Positions 1 through 14,009 of a DNA stretch of 64,000 bases are shown piece by piece. The notes under the pieces were generated by a model. It was not told the DNA's origin. It ran no database searches and saw only the letters and a list, made by a program, of their open reading frames with translations. The number at the start of each line of letters is the position of its first letter. Within the stretch, counting starts at the first letter, position 1. The stretch comes from Botryllus schlosseri (taxonomy: Eukaryota), in assembly GCA_051294905.1 (NCBI GenBank), contig CM119371.1:19966001-20030000 (forward strand), read 5' to 3'. A program made the translations under genes and the position numbers.

Positions 1-288
1 AAAGGTGGGGGTATTTTTGCGAAGAGATCTGCTTCATATGTGCTATTCATATCTGCTATATATTTGGAAGCATTCCGAAAGGACCGCATTTTCAACTTGC
101 ACTGCACAGTGCACACATAATGTAAGGCACAACACCGATTCTCTTACTGATGCAGGTGGATTGAATGAAACAGATGATAAGAATTTGCAGATTTTATTCA
201 TCTCAATACTAGAGTCGCCAAAATACAATCATATACACGATATTTGTTTATAATTGATAATTTCAGTCACTTCCGCCTTTTCGCGACT

Positions 289-675
289 TCAGAGGCAGTA
301 CTCGCACACGTAGAAGTTGCTCCCATCCGGAGGAACGAACTGAATGGAACTATAAGCGCTCCCGATCGCAACCCCGTATTCAGAAGCATCTGCGTCTCCT
401 ATCAGAGTAGTGTCGCTGTCATCAAGAAAGTACGAAAGGCTGTTGGCGCCATATGTTGCTTCCACCCAGACAAGGCCGTCCGTCCCGAAGTAATCGAATT
501 CAAGCAAAGGCAACCAAACCGTCCCCGACAATCCCAGCAGATCCGCTAAGAGCGCTCTGCAATTGCAAGTATCTGGAAAAATTGCACCGAGGACCATCAA
601 ATTATCTCAGTACTCAGTTCGTCAGTAATGTATGGTATGGTCCACGGAAACATTTTATTCTGCCCAGAAAAGACC
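289..675 (-). pseudogene. C-type lectin-like terminal exon, probably pseudogenised
   Basis: ORF 289-600 has CTLD-like motifs (LGAI...VWLPL...LVWV...FYVCE*). Its upstream in-frame extension to a ttttcgtag acceptor near 676 is interrupted by three stops. Confidence 0.4.
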
Positions 676-908
676 TACGAAAAATATTGATAAATCCGTA
701 GTAAACTTTGAGCTACTGCTGTGACATAACAAAACTTTTCTCGATTTCTTTCACTATTTAATATTGATTAATTTTATTTTTGCAATAATATTTTATATGT
801 TAATGCTGGTGCATTGCATCTAGACCCACGCATACGCAAAGGTTTCGGTTGTTAAGCTCAAGGCAAAAAAGACTTCATTCGGGGAAGAGTTCATCATGCT
901 TATCACGT

Positions 909-1180
909 TTAAATAGTATATTCATATTGAAATGAATATCAACATCCGTATCACAAAATATGACGTCGCCAGCATGAAATATTGAATGAGAGAGCGTTCA
1001 ATGTACTATTTTTGGGTGGTACACGAACTCCTTTTTTGACAGAGTTTTGGGTGTTGTATTTTGATGAAATTCGACTCCAAGGCACACAAATGGAAGTGTG
1101 AACGGCCCCTCCGAACGACGCGAAATCTGTCGTCTCGATAATTATTCGTTAAAATCGGATTATCCAACAGATGTTTGCCA
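909..1180 (-). mobile_element. Penelope-like element 3' fragment (GIY-YIG C-terminus plus part of the pLTR)
   Basis: Close match to 36773-37118 (ttaaatagtatattcatattgaaatgaa...tcaatgtactatttt...tccaaggcacacaaatgg...ggattatccaacagatgtttgcc). The hammerhead segment is deleted in this copy. Confidence 0.8.
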
Positions 1181-1708
1181 GAAGTTGAGAGAACAAAAAG
1201 TCATTTTTAAACACCCCTAATGCTCACCTCAGGCCTAGAGAATGTAACGTAAGCAGGAAGGATATTGGAAGATCAGTATAGAATATACCATAAAATCATA
1301 TGTGACGTTATCATATCATGACGGACGTGATGTAACATAAGCCTGGATGCATATACTCACTTCCGATCGATAGCGGTCCTGACGTTCTTATGAGCAATTT
1401 GGGCGCCCTTACGGAAGCAATCCTGAGCTGCTTCTTCAATTGCCGAGGGTCCCGTTCCAACCAGATAGCGACATCCTTTATATTCTTGCCAATCCTTGTA
1501 ATATGCCTGGAATATCAAGGCACCAGGGAAAGACCATACTACGAGATATTGAAGGGTTCGCGGTCGCGGAAGTAAAAGAGAAATGCGAATACCACGAACC
1601 CGCCGCCACTAAGCTCCAGTTAAAAATTGGCAACAACAGAACAAATGCTGAGCACTTTTTGAACAAAAAGTATGCAATTCCTCTTGCAAACCATGTGATC
1701 CTCTAAAC

Positions 1709-2041
1709 CAGTGGTATTCAACCGGGGTCCTCGAAACCACTGAATTTAAGAAACGATTCATAGTTGGTAATTATCTAAATTATTGAATAAAGAAGCGGTT
1801 TTACTTCATAACGGCCAGCATTTCAGGACTCACATCAGCATAATGAGCGTCTGACAAGAAATATCATACCGTGTTAACTCATTTTAATTTTCAATTGTCA
1901 ATAGCTTATTAATACAGCGGCGCGGAAGAAGAGGAGCCAAGAATGATCTCCTACGCGGAATCGAAGCCGGGTTTGTCGGACCGCGGGGATCCGTGAAGGT
2001 TTGACTGGGGTCAGCGATGACAAAAAGGTTGAGAACCACTG
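1709..2041. mobile_element. hAT (Charlie-type) MITE
   Basis: TIRs CAGTGGTATTCAACC / GGTTGAGAACCACTG; degenerate 8-bp TSD CTCTAAAC/CACTAGAC. Confidence 0.65.
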
Positions 2042-2805
2042 CACTAGACTGTGTCTATGTTATCTCCATAAATCGTTGTCCTCCATTAGCGAATTGACGC
2101 TCATACATAGATTTGGAATCGAGATCGGTCAGTCCAGGTCTTTGTCATGTGTTTTAATCTTCACAATTTCAGCTATTAATGAATTCTATGCATTTATTAT
2201 CCAATATGGATTGAGCAGGTTACAACTGTAGAGTTTTAGATCAGAGGTGAATACATAAGGCTTAAGCTCAATGTATTTGAATATGGTATACGAACTCCAG
2301 TTTGCGCTGATAAGGTTGGCGAATTTCGGCGAAAGTCAACAGAGATTTGAAATGAATATTGCGTATCCACAATCGTATCACCCTATGTGCCGTTACCTTC
2401 ATCATAATCCGGGTAAATAATTAATATCTTGATATATCATTTAATTTCATGCTGAAGGTCTGTACCTCCGAGATATCTTTAAATATCCCGCCTTCGTGTT
2501 TTACAGTTAGGTGCCAAAGCGGAATATCTCAAGGGCACTTTTGGCAATTCAATTGAACAGAACTTTATCCTCGAATATTTATCCTACAAACCGGAAGAAG
2601 CGATTCGGTTGTCGACGGCACCGCCGCGGTCATCGGCTCCGTTGTCGTGCGTGGCGAAAGCAGGCCTGTATGAAAATAGAAGCAGTGGTTGGACGGGCGG
2701 GTTGATTTTAAATCGAATTTATTGGCGTCTTCAACTGGCGACGTTCTTGACTAACAACTTCCAGATTTTTCATGCACGAACCTTATTCGCAACGATAACC
2801 TAAGG

Positions 2806-5798
2806 CAGGGATTGGCAAACTTTTCTGCTCGCGGGCTGCATTCAACATCCTAATCCATTCGCGGGCCACATTATAGTATAATCGGAATCATCAGCCAATA
2901 CGAAAACTTTTAATTGATTACGCATTAGCCATGCATACGAGGATATAATATAGATAGATATGGATTAAAACAATTCAAACATTAATTTGATGATAACGCA
3001 CATCAGACATGGGGTGATTACTTCACGAATGTAATCGATTGCGATTACGATTACCTGCGAATCCCACGATTACGATTACGATTACGATTACAGCAAAATC
3101 AGGAAGTAGTCGATTACGATTACGATTACATTTCAAAAGTGATCACGATTACTCACGATTACATTTGTTTTGCTTCTTAAAACTAATTTCAGAAGAGATA
3201 TTGGAAGACAATATAAGACTTGCGATGAAAAAAGGTCTAATGAGATAACAACTTTCTTTATAAATCATACGTCATTTGCTTGTTACATCATAATGCACCC
3301 ATTGCCCAACTCTATGCAGGACTATTCGTCGCACCCACCCAACGATTTGCATTCTTGCCAGGTCCGTAACTGCCACACCCCAAACTCCCCAATAGGACTG
3401 GGAGCGAGCTCTAAGGGGGCTCAAAAGTATTTCGTAAATCAACATAAATTATTGTAGAGTATTTTCAAGAGAGTTAATTAACTTGAAAATTTTATTTGAG
3501 CTTCGGGATTTAATGTCTCTAAATAGCCTGATTTTGAAATGCATACCTCTCCCTCTCAAGAAAAAAAGCAAGCATAATTTATATGAGTAGGCATTTCGGG
3601 GGCGGTCATTACCCCGCCACGACACACCGAAAGACGTATGCAATTTCTGCCAACATGCAACTCCAACAAAGTGTGCTACCAAAGAATGACCTTTGTGCCA
3701 AAACTTTGGGTATGTGTCGATTGTCAGTAGCCGCGCTCTGTGGGCGTGACGAATAGTCCGGTCCTTCCAATCTGAGCCCCAACAATGCAAATGCCAAATG
3801 CCAAAGTTTTGTATTGACTCGACTTGTACTCGAGTAATTTTGCATGACTCGAGACTAGAGCGGCCAAGACAGACATTGCATGCAACTTCGAATAGTAAAG
3901 TTACCACATTATTTGTATTTCGTCTATCAGTCCTGATACTTGGAAATAGGGCCGTAAACTGTGAAAACTGATGAAAATCACTTTATTTATTTACTGGCTG
4001 ACTTGGCCTCGGAAATGACTCGGGGGTGAATTGAAAATGACTCGACTTGACTCGAGTCAAAACTATAAAAGTGAGATTGACTTGTGACTTGGAACATTGT
4101 GACTTGGTTACAACCCTACCAATAGCAACGTTGGGAGTGGGGAACGAATTGCTGTTTTGGTCCTGATTGTGCCTACAAGCGACGCTAACACGGTGCATAA
4201 GCGGATGGCTATGGCGACAGGTATAAATTTCGAGTGAAGTATTGTGAAATAACGATTGGTGCCCGTTTCAAGTAGAGTCATATGTGAATAAGATAAAATG
4301 AACTTAAAATTCTTACACTTAACACAGATAGGCTACTGAAAGCTGCCGTTACGAGGAACAGCAAAGAACGGCTCGGTTATATGATATATCAGCAGCAGGT
4401 GATTTTAACCATCGTAATGTTTTATTTGACGAGTACAAAATTTCAAATCTTTGTCCGGTGTACGTACAATACATACGTATACTACACAGATAGGCCTACT
4501 GCTCGCCAAGCATCAACGGTCAAACTGCGTTTAACTAAGCATAACCAAACATAAATACATAAGTTACTATTTGAAACTAGGAAGAGTGGTGATTATTATC
4601 TTGCTGCGAGGTAGTAGCGTCTGGGGTGTATTGATAACCTGATATACAGCATGGCTTATACTCTTCTAACAATCAAACAACAATGTACATCGAATATATA
4701 TTTACTACGTGTGGATACTTCTTACGAAAGGACGAGCAAAGCTAATACTTCTGACGTAATAATGAGCAGTGGCGTTTGAAAATCAACCGTTTGCGCTATC
4801 CATAACCTGGTATAATATCTCTTCCTTGTTCACGAATGTTCGGTTATGTCATATTCATTGTACATATAAAAAGTAATCGTTCTTTCACAAAGAAATCGAT
4901 TAGATATGTGAAGTAGTCGATTACGATTACGATTACTTTGGATTTTTCTCGAATGAAATCGATTGCGATTACGATTACTTGAAAATGCTGTAATCGTCGT
5001 AATCGATTACGATTACTAATCGCGATTACCCCATGTCTGACGCACATATGCCAGAATCATTATCGAGATTTTTTAAGCGGTTCTAAGGACGATTCTAAGG
5101 ATAGGATTGAAATTGGTATATGTGAGCAGCGATCGATCGATAGATATGCTGATTCTGCGTTTGGTTAAGCTTCAGAACGCACAATGCTGACATCATCATA
5201 ACCAGCCTTCTTCACGTTCTTAAGTGAGGACGACCTCAGCATAATTTACTGTTGTCCCAAACATTTGATTGATTCGTCTGATTTTTTCACCCAGCAGTTT
5301 GATATATTGGGTCTATAATTAGTATGTTCGGATTCAAGTTCTGTTGAAGCCGAAGTTATGACAAATTTACTACTAACTGCGCATATAGACTACGCATATA
5401 CCTAGCACATGCACGAAATGGATTTTCCGAGTACAGAACTGCAAGTTGGAATTCTAACCCAAAATCACAATAGTGATCCGAACTAATTCATTTATGTTTT
5501 GATTATCTTGGATGTTCAGTGGCCTAAACGTTTCAAAATGCGTGGGTCCTATCCCGAGGTCGGGCAACTGCACCAACCATAAAATTAAAAGAAAAATATC
5601 AATAGTCGATATCCAATTATCCATAGTCGATATCATGAGGAAATATCTTAGGAAAAAGGTTAACCAAGTCTCTCTGATGAATAGATTTGTACTGCGCATT
5701 TTATCAATTTCTATCACATATCCCGATGCTTTTGCGGGCCGCACAAAATGTCTTCACGACCCGTATGCGGTCCGTGGGCTGTAGATTGCCCACCCCTG
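2806..5798. mobile_element. hAT MITE hosting nested insertions
   Basis: TIRs CAGGGATTGGCAA / TTGCCCACCCCTG; perfect 8-bp TSD ACCTAAGG (2798-2805, 5799-5806). Confidence 0.85.
3004..5039. mobile_element. hAT MITE with GATTAC subterminal repeats, nested in the previous element; contains a truncated GACTC-family MITE (~3810-4118)
   Basis: TIRs CAGACATGGGGT / ACCCCATGTCTG; perfect TSD ACGCACAT (2996-3003, 5040-5047); (CGATTA)n arrays at both ends. Confidence 0.9.
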
Positions 5799-6195
5799 AC
5801 CTAAGGTATGAGTTCCTACTCACTGTTGAGCAGTAGAGCCATCGCATACGACCTCAAAATACGCTCATAACGGTCGCTCCGACGTGGAGCTGGGGTCGCG
5901 TAAGATCTTTGTCCGTAGGTCGAGATCCCCGTGTACTGTGATACGCGATACGTTGATTTATTGTGAATCAAAATGAAGGCAAAATTGTTTCCAAGCTTGC
6001 ACTAACATACTCACCACTCCCTGTTTCTTTGCCGGCGCATCCGATAGTGCTACAATGGAAAACATTTTCTATTATGATGATAATTCATGGACCGATTAGT
6101 GTGTTACACTCACCTCTAATACAGATCACTGTCAAAAGAAAAATAAAACTAGCCAAGAATCGCATCTCGGTCGAACACCTAACTACGGGTATAGG

Positions 6196-7467
6196 CAGGG
6201 CTTTGGAGCCGGAGCCGGAGCCCGGAGCCGGAGCCCCGGAGCCGTGCATTTTCACCGGAGCTGGAGCTGGAGCCGGAGCTCTACATAAAATTCAGCCGGA
6301 GCCGGAGCCGGAGCTGGAGCCCGTTATTTGAGGAGTAGCTCCGGCTCCGACCCATTTCATAAGATGCTATTATATATGCAACAACCACATCTACTGATTT
6401 ATCATAATTGAACAGCAGGCATAGATTAAAGTGCGTTCTAGTGCAACTACTGTATGATGTTGTCGACGATTGACAAGTATTCAGTATGACGTCACAAGCC
6501 GGCACGGCGGCACCTATATGTCTTCGTTGCTACATCGGATGTTACTGACGGCTGACAGGCTATAGATTATAATAGATAAATAACCTATGGGTAGATTAGT
6601 AATCTATATAGACCAGGAATGGCCAACCTTTTCGGCTAAAGGGGCACATGCAATTGACGAACGAGTGCGCGGTCCACTAGCCACGCCAAGCGGGTAAAAT
6701 TTTCTAAGTTTATAAATAAACAAGGTCAATAATATTATTACTTGTATGAGTATGGCGGGTCTATTGTATACCGCCCGCTAGGCTCAGTTTGCAAGGACAC
6801 GACTATTCGGCGTCTGGCCACATCGATATCGAAGGTCCCCGATAATATGCGACAATCGTTTTGTGCCTACATTTCACCGTCGACGATCTTTATGCGAGCG
6901 CTAACGCGAAAATACTTTCTCCCGTAATTGCGAATACAGTTACACTCAATCGGGTAAATTATGCGTTTTTTTCACTTTCAGTAGGGGGTAGGCTACCAAG
7001 CAAGAAATCGTGTGACAATTAAACACGCGAAGCGTGAAGAAAAATTTCGCTACTATTTTAGTTTATTGTAATGTACGACGATTTACTGAAAATGTGACTG
7101 GACCCTGGATCTGCCAATGCGTCGGAACTGATATTTTAGTCATCAACATCCCAAGTGTCGCAGCCAGAATTGTAATTTTTGGTTGGCATTGCAAGTTCAC
7201 AATCTGAACAATTCATTTTCGATAATATAATATGAAATTAGCTCGCGGGTCACGCAAAACCCTCTCGCTGGCCACATTTGGCCCACGGGTTGGCCACCCC
7301 TGATATGGACAGGCCCATTCGATAATTTCAGAGCCGGAGCCGGAGCAGGAGCCGGAGCAGTGGTAATAATGCGGCTCCGGAGCTGGAGCCGGAGCTAATG
7401 TATGATAGAAGAGAGCTCCGGAGCTGGAGATGGAGCAGTTTAAATCTACGGCTGCTCCAAAGCCCTG
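6196..7467. mobile_element. hAT MITE with GGAGCC/GGAGCT repeats, carrying a nested MITE
   Basis: TIRs CAGGGCTTTGGAGC / GCTCCAAAGCCCTG; TSD GGTATAGG/GGTGTAGG (one mismatch). Confidence 0.85.
6614..7302. mobile_element. hAT MITE nested in the GGAGCC element
   Basis: Ends CAGGAATGGCCAAC / GTTGGCCACCCCTG; TSD ATATAGAC/ATATGGAC. Confidence 0.75.
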
Positions 7468-8784
7468 GGTGTAGGTTAGGATCTGTAGTGAAATTGGAAA
7501 CAGATTGCATTGGATGATAACACCGTGAAACTCACATAGATAATCTCGGCCAGGTTTGTCTCCAGGCCCGGCTGGGACTGGCGACTGGCGAGCCGAAAAA
7601 TCGAGCTTATATGCCATGTTACTTTGTAACCCCAAATCTAACCCCGATCCCATCATAATCCCAAGATTTATCGCTGAAGTGTCATGCTTGATGGGTGAAG
7701 TCACCTATAGCCACAACCAGCCAATATTTACTTACAGAATAGTTCATCCTAATATCATAATTACCGCACATAGTTGTTAAATTGCTGATAAGAATTTTTG
7801 ACTACGTCCGTAAGCAGCGGGCGTTCGGGGGCAACTGATCCTCATCCAACCACTTCGTTTTTGGGGTGTGACGTAGTTATCCCTCGGAAACTTTCTCTCA
7901 AACACGCAGAGAGAGCGTACGTCACTAGGGAGAAGGTCACTAAATTAGTAAAGTTTCCAGCAACTAGCGATTTGTTAAAAAATAAGAAGAAATACCCGGG
8001 CGTAATTTCATACGGGCGTATACGCCCTATTAACTAGACAAGCATCACAAACCTGTAACATGAGGAGGTTCGTAACTATCGCAAGAAGGTAGCCTACATT
8101 TTTATCATTCTATGTCCTCGATTGCTGTTAAAGCATAGTCCGTGACACTCGACTTACTAGACATGACGAAAAGTCTAGTACTCGATTTGGAATCAATTCA
8201 GTCACACCCGCAATTTTGTCGAGCCCTTTCTATACGTCGACGGCTGAGGAATCATATTGTGGAAAATCAGCCTGCTGTAAAATGATCTTTGACGACTGAT
8301 GACGAAGAAACATGATTTCGACACAAATAATATTCAACAACATCAACAGCCAGATTTGAGTATGATTTTAGGCAGGAAATGTTGAATCGTTGATGATTTG
8401 ACTCGACTTAAACCAAAAGAATGTTCCGATTCCGAGCTTAAGAAGTCTAACCAAACTGGGCGGTGGCGCCAGGTCACATTAACCCCAGGCCAGACCGGTG
8501 CACTGACGAAAGTCACTTGATTTCATTAAAAAGGTACAACCAAAAACCAAGGTTACAATCCTGACATACAGCCAAACACGTAGGAGAACCTCGACTGCCA
8601 AACACACTCGCCGTCTAACTTGAAGCTGGAGAGGAAACATTATTAAGATATTAAGCTCTCTCGGTTTAGACACATTTCTTCGCGACTTTCTTTGCGATTA
8701 ACACAAAATATTATTACGGAAGGGGTGTTCAACCTTGTTCATCCTGTTTTTGAGACAACAGTCAGAATAGAACAGCGCGATCTG

Positions 8785-9100
8785 AAGTTGTACAATGATG
8801 CGACGAATTCCACGCAGACCGGAGTCGTGCGTTTGTGATATTGGTGGTGGTTGTCGAATACAATTGTCATTCACACCATTCCGCTTTTCATCATTTTGAT
8901 TCCGCATCTGCCCGTATATCACACCCCATGCACTTCCAGGCCTTTTAAGACATCGCTGGCGCAGTAGCGCGGATTAGATGGCGAGAAGGAGCTGCGATAG
9001 AGCCTTCCTCCAGCACATAGAAATCCTGGTTTTGTTACTGGTCGGACTGCAACCCTCAACCCATCAGTGTCCAAGATGTGGATCATACCACTACGCTATC
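8785..9100 (-). mobile_element. Diverged tRNA-derived SINE (family of 10409-10791)
   Basis: The reverse complement shares gctcc(t)tctcgccatct, atgtcttaaaa, gggcagatg and a tRNA-like head (gcgtagtggta) with the copies at 10409 and 31797. Ends are approximate. Confidence 0.55.
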
Positions 9101-10408
9101 TCGTTTATCGTAAGACGAAGAAGCTTTCGTCTTTTGAATCTCGGAATATTCATAACACGGATCGGTCATGACGGTGAAGTTGTTTATGAACACCGTTAGG
9201 GTATGGTATTATCAATATTAGATTACAAGAATATTGGTACTTCTATTTGTCATTAAACTTGACGACGTAGAACGAGTAAGGTAGGCTATATGTTCGGCTG
9301 AAATCAAATTCAGGGATAGCAAATATGGTCCAACTGTGATGATACGTGTTTTTCGGTGCACTTTGTACATCTGTTTTGATTGCGCAATCAAGTGGATTTC
9401 TGTTGTGCCCAAAGTAAACATTGCGCTGTATATCTCTTCTGAACTGATTCGACATCTCTATGGAATCTTCATGCATGCAATTGTACAATTGAGCGTACGA
9501 AATGAACGGGCATCACTTGCTTCGAGTTGCGAGCTTGCAAATACTTTCTACGGCGACGGCAATGCTTCGAAAAGTCGTAACATTACTTCGCTCCGTTCCT
9601 TTTGGTCTGGTTGGCTGTGAACTTATAAGCTCAATACCGACGTAGTCGGTGTTAGCTCAAGCATTAACTGTAACTGAGAACCGTTAGATGTGGATTACAC
9701 TACACAACAACGGCGTTTGAAATCAAATTAATAAAACACATTCGTTCAATCTTTCGTCAGATATAATCGAAAGCGAGCGCGGTGTGAATCAAAATTATTT
9801 TCTGTTATGTGTTGGTCTGTGAAGCACCGAAGAATTGTTTGAGCGGAACTTCTTTCACATTCATAAATATATTTCCGAGAGAAAATTGCTGAATGAGCAA
9901 AGTGCTTGTTGCTCTCAGTGCAAGGTTCTGGCGCTGGTGAGCATTTTGTGTTTGTAGATGCATCGGTCTTGAAATTCCATTACAGCTGATTTTAGGGGAC
10001 TATACCAACTAAGCATTTCCCCGAGTAAAAGGTATGCGGTAGTGAATTTAGTCGGGGTTTCAAAGTAAATGGTTGAATTTGGTTTATAATGTAGGTACGC
10101 TGGTCTAGGGCACCCCATAGGGCTATCGACCGAACTTCTAGGGGGCTTCGTCCACCATACCTCCATATCACGGCTACTCGACAGCCTGGCATTATTGTCA
10201 TGTAGGCACACCGTTTATGACTTGTCTAGAGGCGTGGGGAAATTTTGTCTAAATTTTGTCAATAATATTAGTAGTTAGATGTCATGTAATTGCTCACGTG
10301 TTCAGATTCTCCTGTTGAGCTAAGGGAGGTGGTCATCAAAGGGAAGGGCACGTTAAAATATACAATACAATACATTACAATTAATTAAGCATCCGTCTAC
10401 GAGTGATG

Positions 10409-10791
10409 GGGAAGCGAGTGGTGCACTTGGTTACGCACTGCAGTCACGACACCAATGGATGTGGGTTCGAATCCCGGTTCTGACCAACTTCTACGTGTCG
10501 GAGGTTTTTCTGGGCTCCTCATCGCCGATCTCTACTACTACGGTAGTGCATTGAAAAGCCCAGACCGAAAGTGAGCCGTGCTACAAGTCGGCAGCTGAGA
10601 CAATGTTGGGGGCGCGTGCTACTGAGGGTGACTGAAGACTGACTGGGAGAAGAGAATGAAAGCCGTCCCCAAGATTACGAAAGGCAAAGACGCTATGAAC
10701 ACTATCACAATTCATGTCGTGGCAGCACATAGCTTGAAAAAAAGCGATAAGCGCCACTGTGTTGTACCAATAATAATAATAATAATAATAA
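10409..10791 (+). mobile_element. tRNA-derived SINE, full length
   Basis: Pol III A-box-like TGGTGCACTTGG and B box GGTTCGAATCC; (AAT)n tail; 13-bp TSD TCTACGAGTGATG (10396-10408, 10792-10804). Confidence 0.85.
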
Positions 10792-13700
10792 TCTACGAGT
10801 GATGAGCGTTGTTATCAATTAATAAATTGCATGTTCGTATTTCGTGACGCTTCGGCTGCTATATGGGTAAAATATATCATTGGGATAGTACAAATATACA
10901 TGACTAAACAAAAAGAACTTCTGTCGTGAAACACGCTCGATTCCAAGTTGACATTTCATCTCGAGGCTGGGCGTTTTCTCGGATTGCCAAGACAGGACTT
11001 TTCGGTCATGACCATTTCGGCATGTATACAAACAACCGACAACTTGGGATTTATATACTTAGCGTACGCAAAGAATCCGAATTGAATGATATCCCAAATA
11101 AACTTCCTCAATTTTTGTGAAATTGGCTTAGTCTCAGCACCCCCGGTGCGGGCTACCATTATTTAAATAACTCAGGCTACCCTCCAGAGCAGGGACCCAA
11201 ACTCAAATGTCTTCACAAACCAATTCTCTGTTTTTTTTTATTGTGCCGCGGGCCGCATCACCAATAATAAAGCTATTCGATGTAAATCAATATGCTCCCA
11301 TTGTTCGCTCAAACGATCTCAAAATACGTTGCTAGAAGTTCTGACCGCACCGGCAAGTGGTGTGCTGTGAATTACAAGATGATATTCTTTATAGTATGGT
11401 ATCGTGAATTTGATGAAATCAGCACATCAACAGAACGCACCGGATACGAATTCAATGAACTCAATAATGTGGATTCAGACTATTGAAATAAGGAGATGCA
11501 ACATCGCATTTTTCCTTGGTGGTACAATAGTTCAGCTCGACCCTCATCCGATCGCGCTGTTTTAACCAGCAGTGCCGTTATAGCTGGTGAAGCAAGAAAA
11601 TCCGTATCCCAGAGAATAGACGCCATCGCTGGTTAAGTCTGGATTCGAACCAACGATCATCTACATTTGCAAGGCTGTCTTACTCACATCGAGACAACTT
11701 CGCTTTATCGCCTGGGGGCCAGTCGTACCGACACAGACTGATCTCAGCTGTTACTCGCGTCGCGGAACATGTGGCTGCAAATCACGCATCAATGAAATGC
11801 CTACGAACTTAATAACCTTGGTTCAGTAGGAACGTGTATCTATCGGTCTTCATCAGAAATCATGTTAGATATAACCAAAATGATACATTCATCGCGAACA
11901 CAATCATAAACAGCCCAGTTCTGATCACGTCACTTCGAATGTGAATTAAGGATTTCAATTTGATATTTAGGAATGAGCATGCGGCATGGAATTCTGTCGA
12001 GGATATAATGAATAAAAAAATTGAAATATCACAAAGAACCCAATTACAAATAGTTGGTTTGAAAATAGGTATCTTCCTAGGGAAAACTTGGGGGAAACAT
12101 GAGCATTAAAGTTCACTTCCTGTTCAATCTTCTTGACATATTTCGCGATCATCTCGCTGATTACAGCGAATAGCAAGGTTCCACGAAGATATGAAAACAG
12201 CAAAAGAAATAAATCAGGGCAGAGGAGATGAACAAATAATGGTAGACTATTGCTGGCACCTTTCGAGAGACTGCACGAAATTGCTTAAAAGCGAAATTGG
12301 TAAAGAAACAATTATGTTTTGAGATAAATTATTAATATCATATTGTTGGGTTACCATATGTTGGAAACCTGAAATGAATACTATTTTTCAAAATTTTTAG
12401 ACTTGCAATACCGGCAATACGGGAGGAAAATACTGAAAATGGTAGATTTTTCCACTTAGTGGTCGGCTGACTAAAAAAAGGTCAGCTTTCCGGCTGAGCT
12501 AACGGAATAGCCGCCGGAGGGTTACTTCAGTGCTTATTTACTGTATCTCAGTCGAAATTTGACATATATTGAACCAGAATTCTAAAAAAGAGGACAAAAT
12601 CTCAAAAAAGAGGATATTTTGGCGTCCTGCGAGGACACGTTCAAAAAAGTCAAAAATGAGGACAAACCCTCTTACAAGAGGTTGTGTGGTAACCCTATTA
12701 TATGGCAACGGACTATTACGAATTTACGATAGGAGAGTGAAATAAAACTGATTGAATTATTGCAACTTTATTGGGGTATTTAGATAGATACTTATATATA
12801 TACATAATTGAAGTTTATTTATGTACTGTACATGTACATTTACATAATATCCATGAAAATCTCCAACTGCGATAAATCGAATCCGCCTAAATATAAATAC
12901 GTTGCTGTAGTTTGTTTTAAAACAGTATTCAGCGTAGTAGATTGAATTTCAGAACATTATAATACCACTGGGCAGTTCCTTTTCTAGTCCAGGGGTTCTC
13001 AAACAGTAGGCCATAACCACAGAGGCTATTTGCAAAACTGTAGAATTGGTGAAACTTTAGTGATATTTGTTATGTTAATCGCTCAAAAATATATTCATGT
13101 TATCGAAATATATGTAGACGGAAGGTTTTCATCCGACTCCGAGGAGACGTAGTGGCACGTATGGAGTCGCGATGTACATGTCGAAAATGTTAGGGAAAAA
13201 GGCGGGTTTCGTCCTGCCGGCTATGACAACCTACGGCTAACAGCAACGAAAATAATTTTGATTTTATACCAAGTGGACGTTAATGCTCCAGTAATCAAGT
13301 ATTTTGGCGTGGTCGTATGTTGTTGAAAAGGGTGTGCAATACACTCGGACTGAAGAGTATTTGATGAGCATTTTCGGTGTACTTCAGCAGGTCGTATTAT
13401 TGTAAAATAAAAATACCCATTATTGCAATTTATTGTCAATTATCAACTTCCTGTGGAAGTATACGGCAATACGGCCACGAATCGTAATAAATGGACGATT
13501 TAGCGCAGAACATCAATCTATGGCAGGGGTGGGCAAACCACGACCGTGGGCTGCATGCCGCCCACAACATCGTTCTGTGCGGCCCGCGATAGTCTAAAGA
13601 AACTTATTAAAAATATTAATAAAATGCGTACTAAAAATCGAATTAATGCAGGGACTTGATTAATCTTTTTCGTGGTGTATTTCATCATGATAATACTAAG

Positions 13701-14009
13701 GCAGTGGTTCTCAAACTGGGGGTCGCGAAGCTGAGCTCAACTGAAATTTTTTACGCGATAGACGCGATTTACATTCCATTCATTATTATTGCTCTGTACT
13801 TAGCCAGAATTTCAACTTTCAAAATCTCTCATCCACATTCGTAACCTTCCATGTCACAAAACTATCCTAGGGTTGCCATACGTCCGGAATTTCTCGGACA
13901 TGTCCGGAATTTCACTGTTAAAATTGCCTCCGGGAGGAATTTCTAAAACATGCCTAAATGTCCGGAATTTTGAAGTAAGCTCATAATTTTTTCCCAAATC
14001 TCTAGGGTA

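Noticed and set aside
3039..3248. ORF with RLRL/ITIT repeats (also 4844-5047)
   Set aside because: Translation of the GATTAC subterminal repeats of a MITE.
5963..6331. ORF with PEPEP/GAGAG tracts (also 7213-7704)
   Set aside because: Arises from GGAGCC hexamer arrays in MITE ends.
8014..8037. Palindrome GGGCGTATACGCCC followed by CTAG, a possible Helitron 3' end
   Set aside because: No 5' end or second copy was found, and it is not followed by T.
10409..10490. tRNA gene candidates (also 52250-52326 and 60990-61056)
   Set aside because: A and B boxes are present, but there is no convincing cloverleaf, and each continues into a repeated body with a simple-repeat tail, so these are SINE heads.
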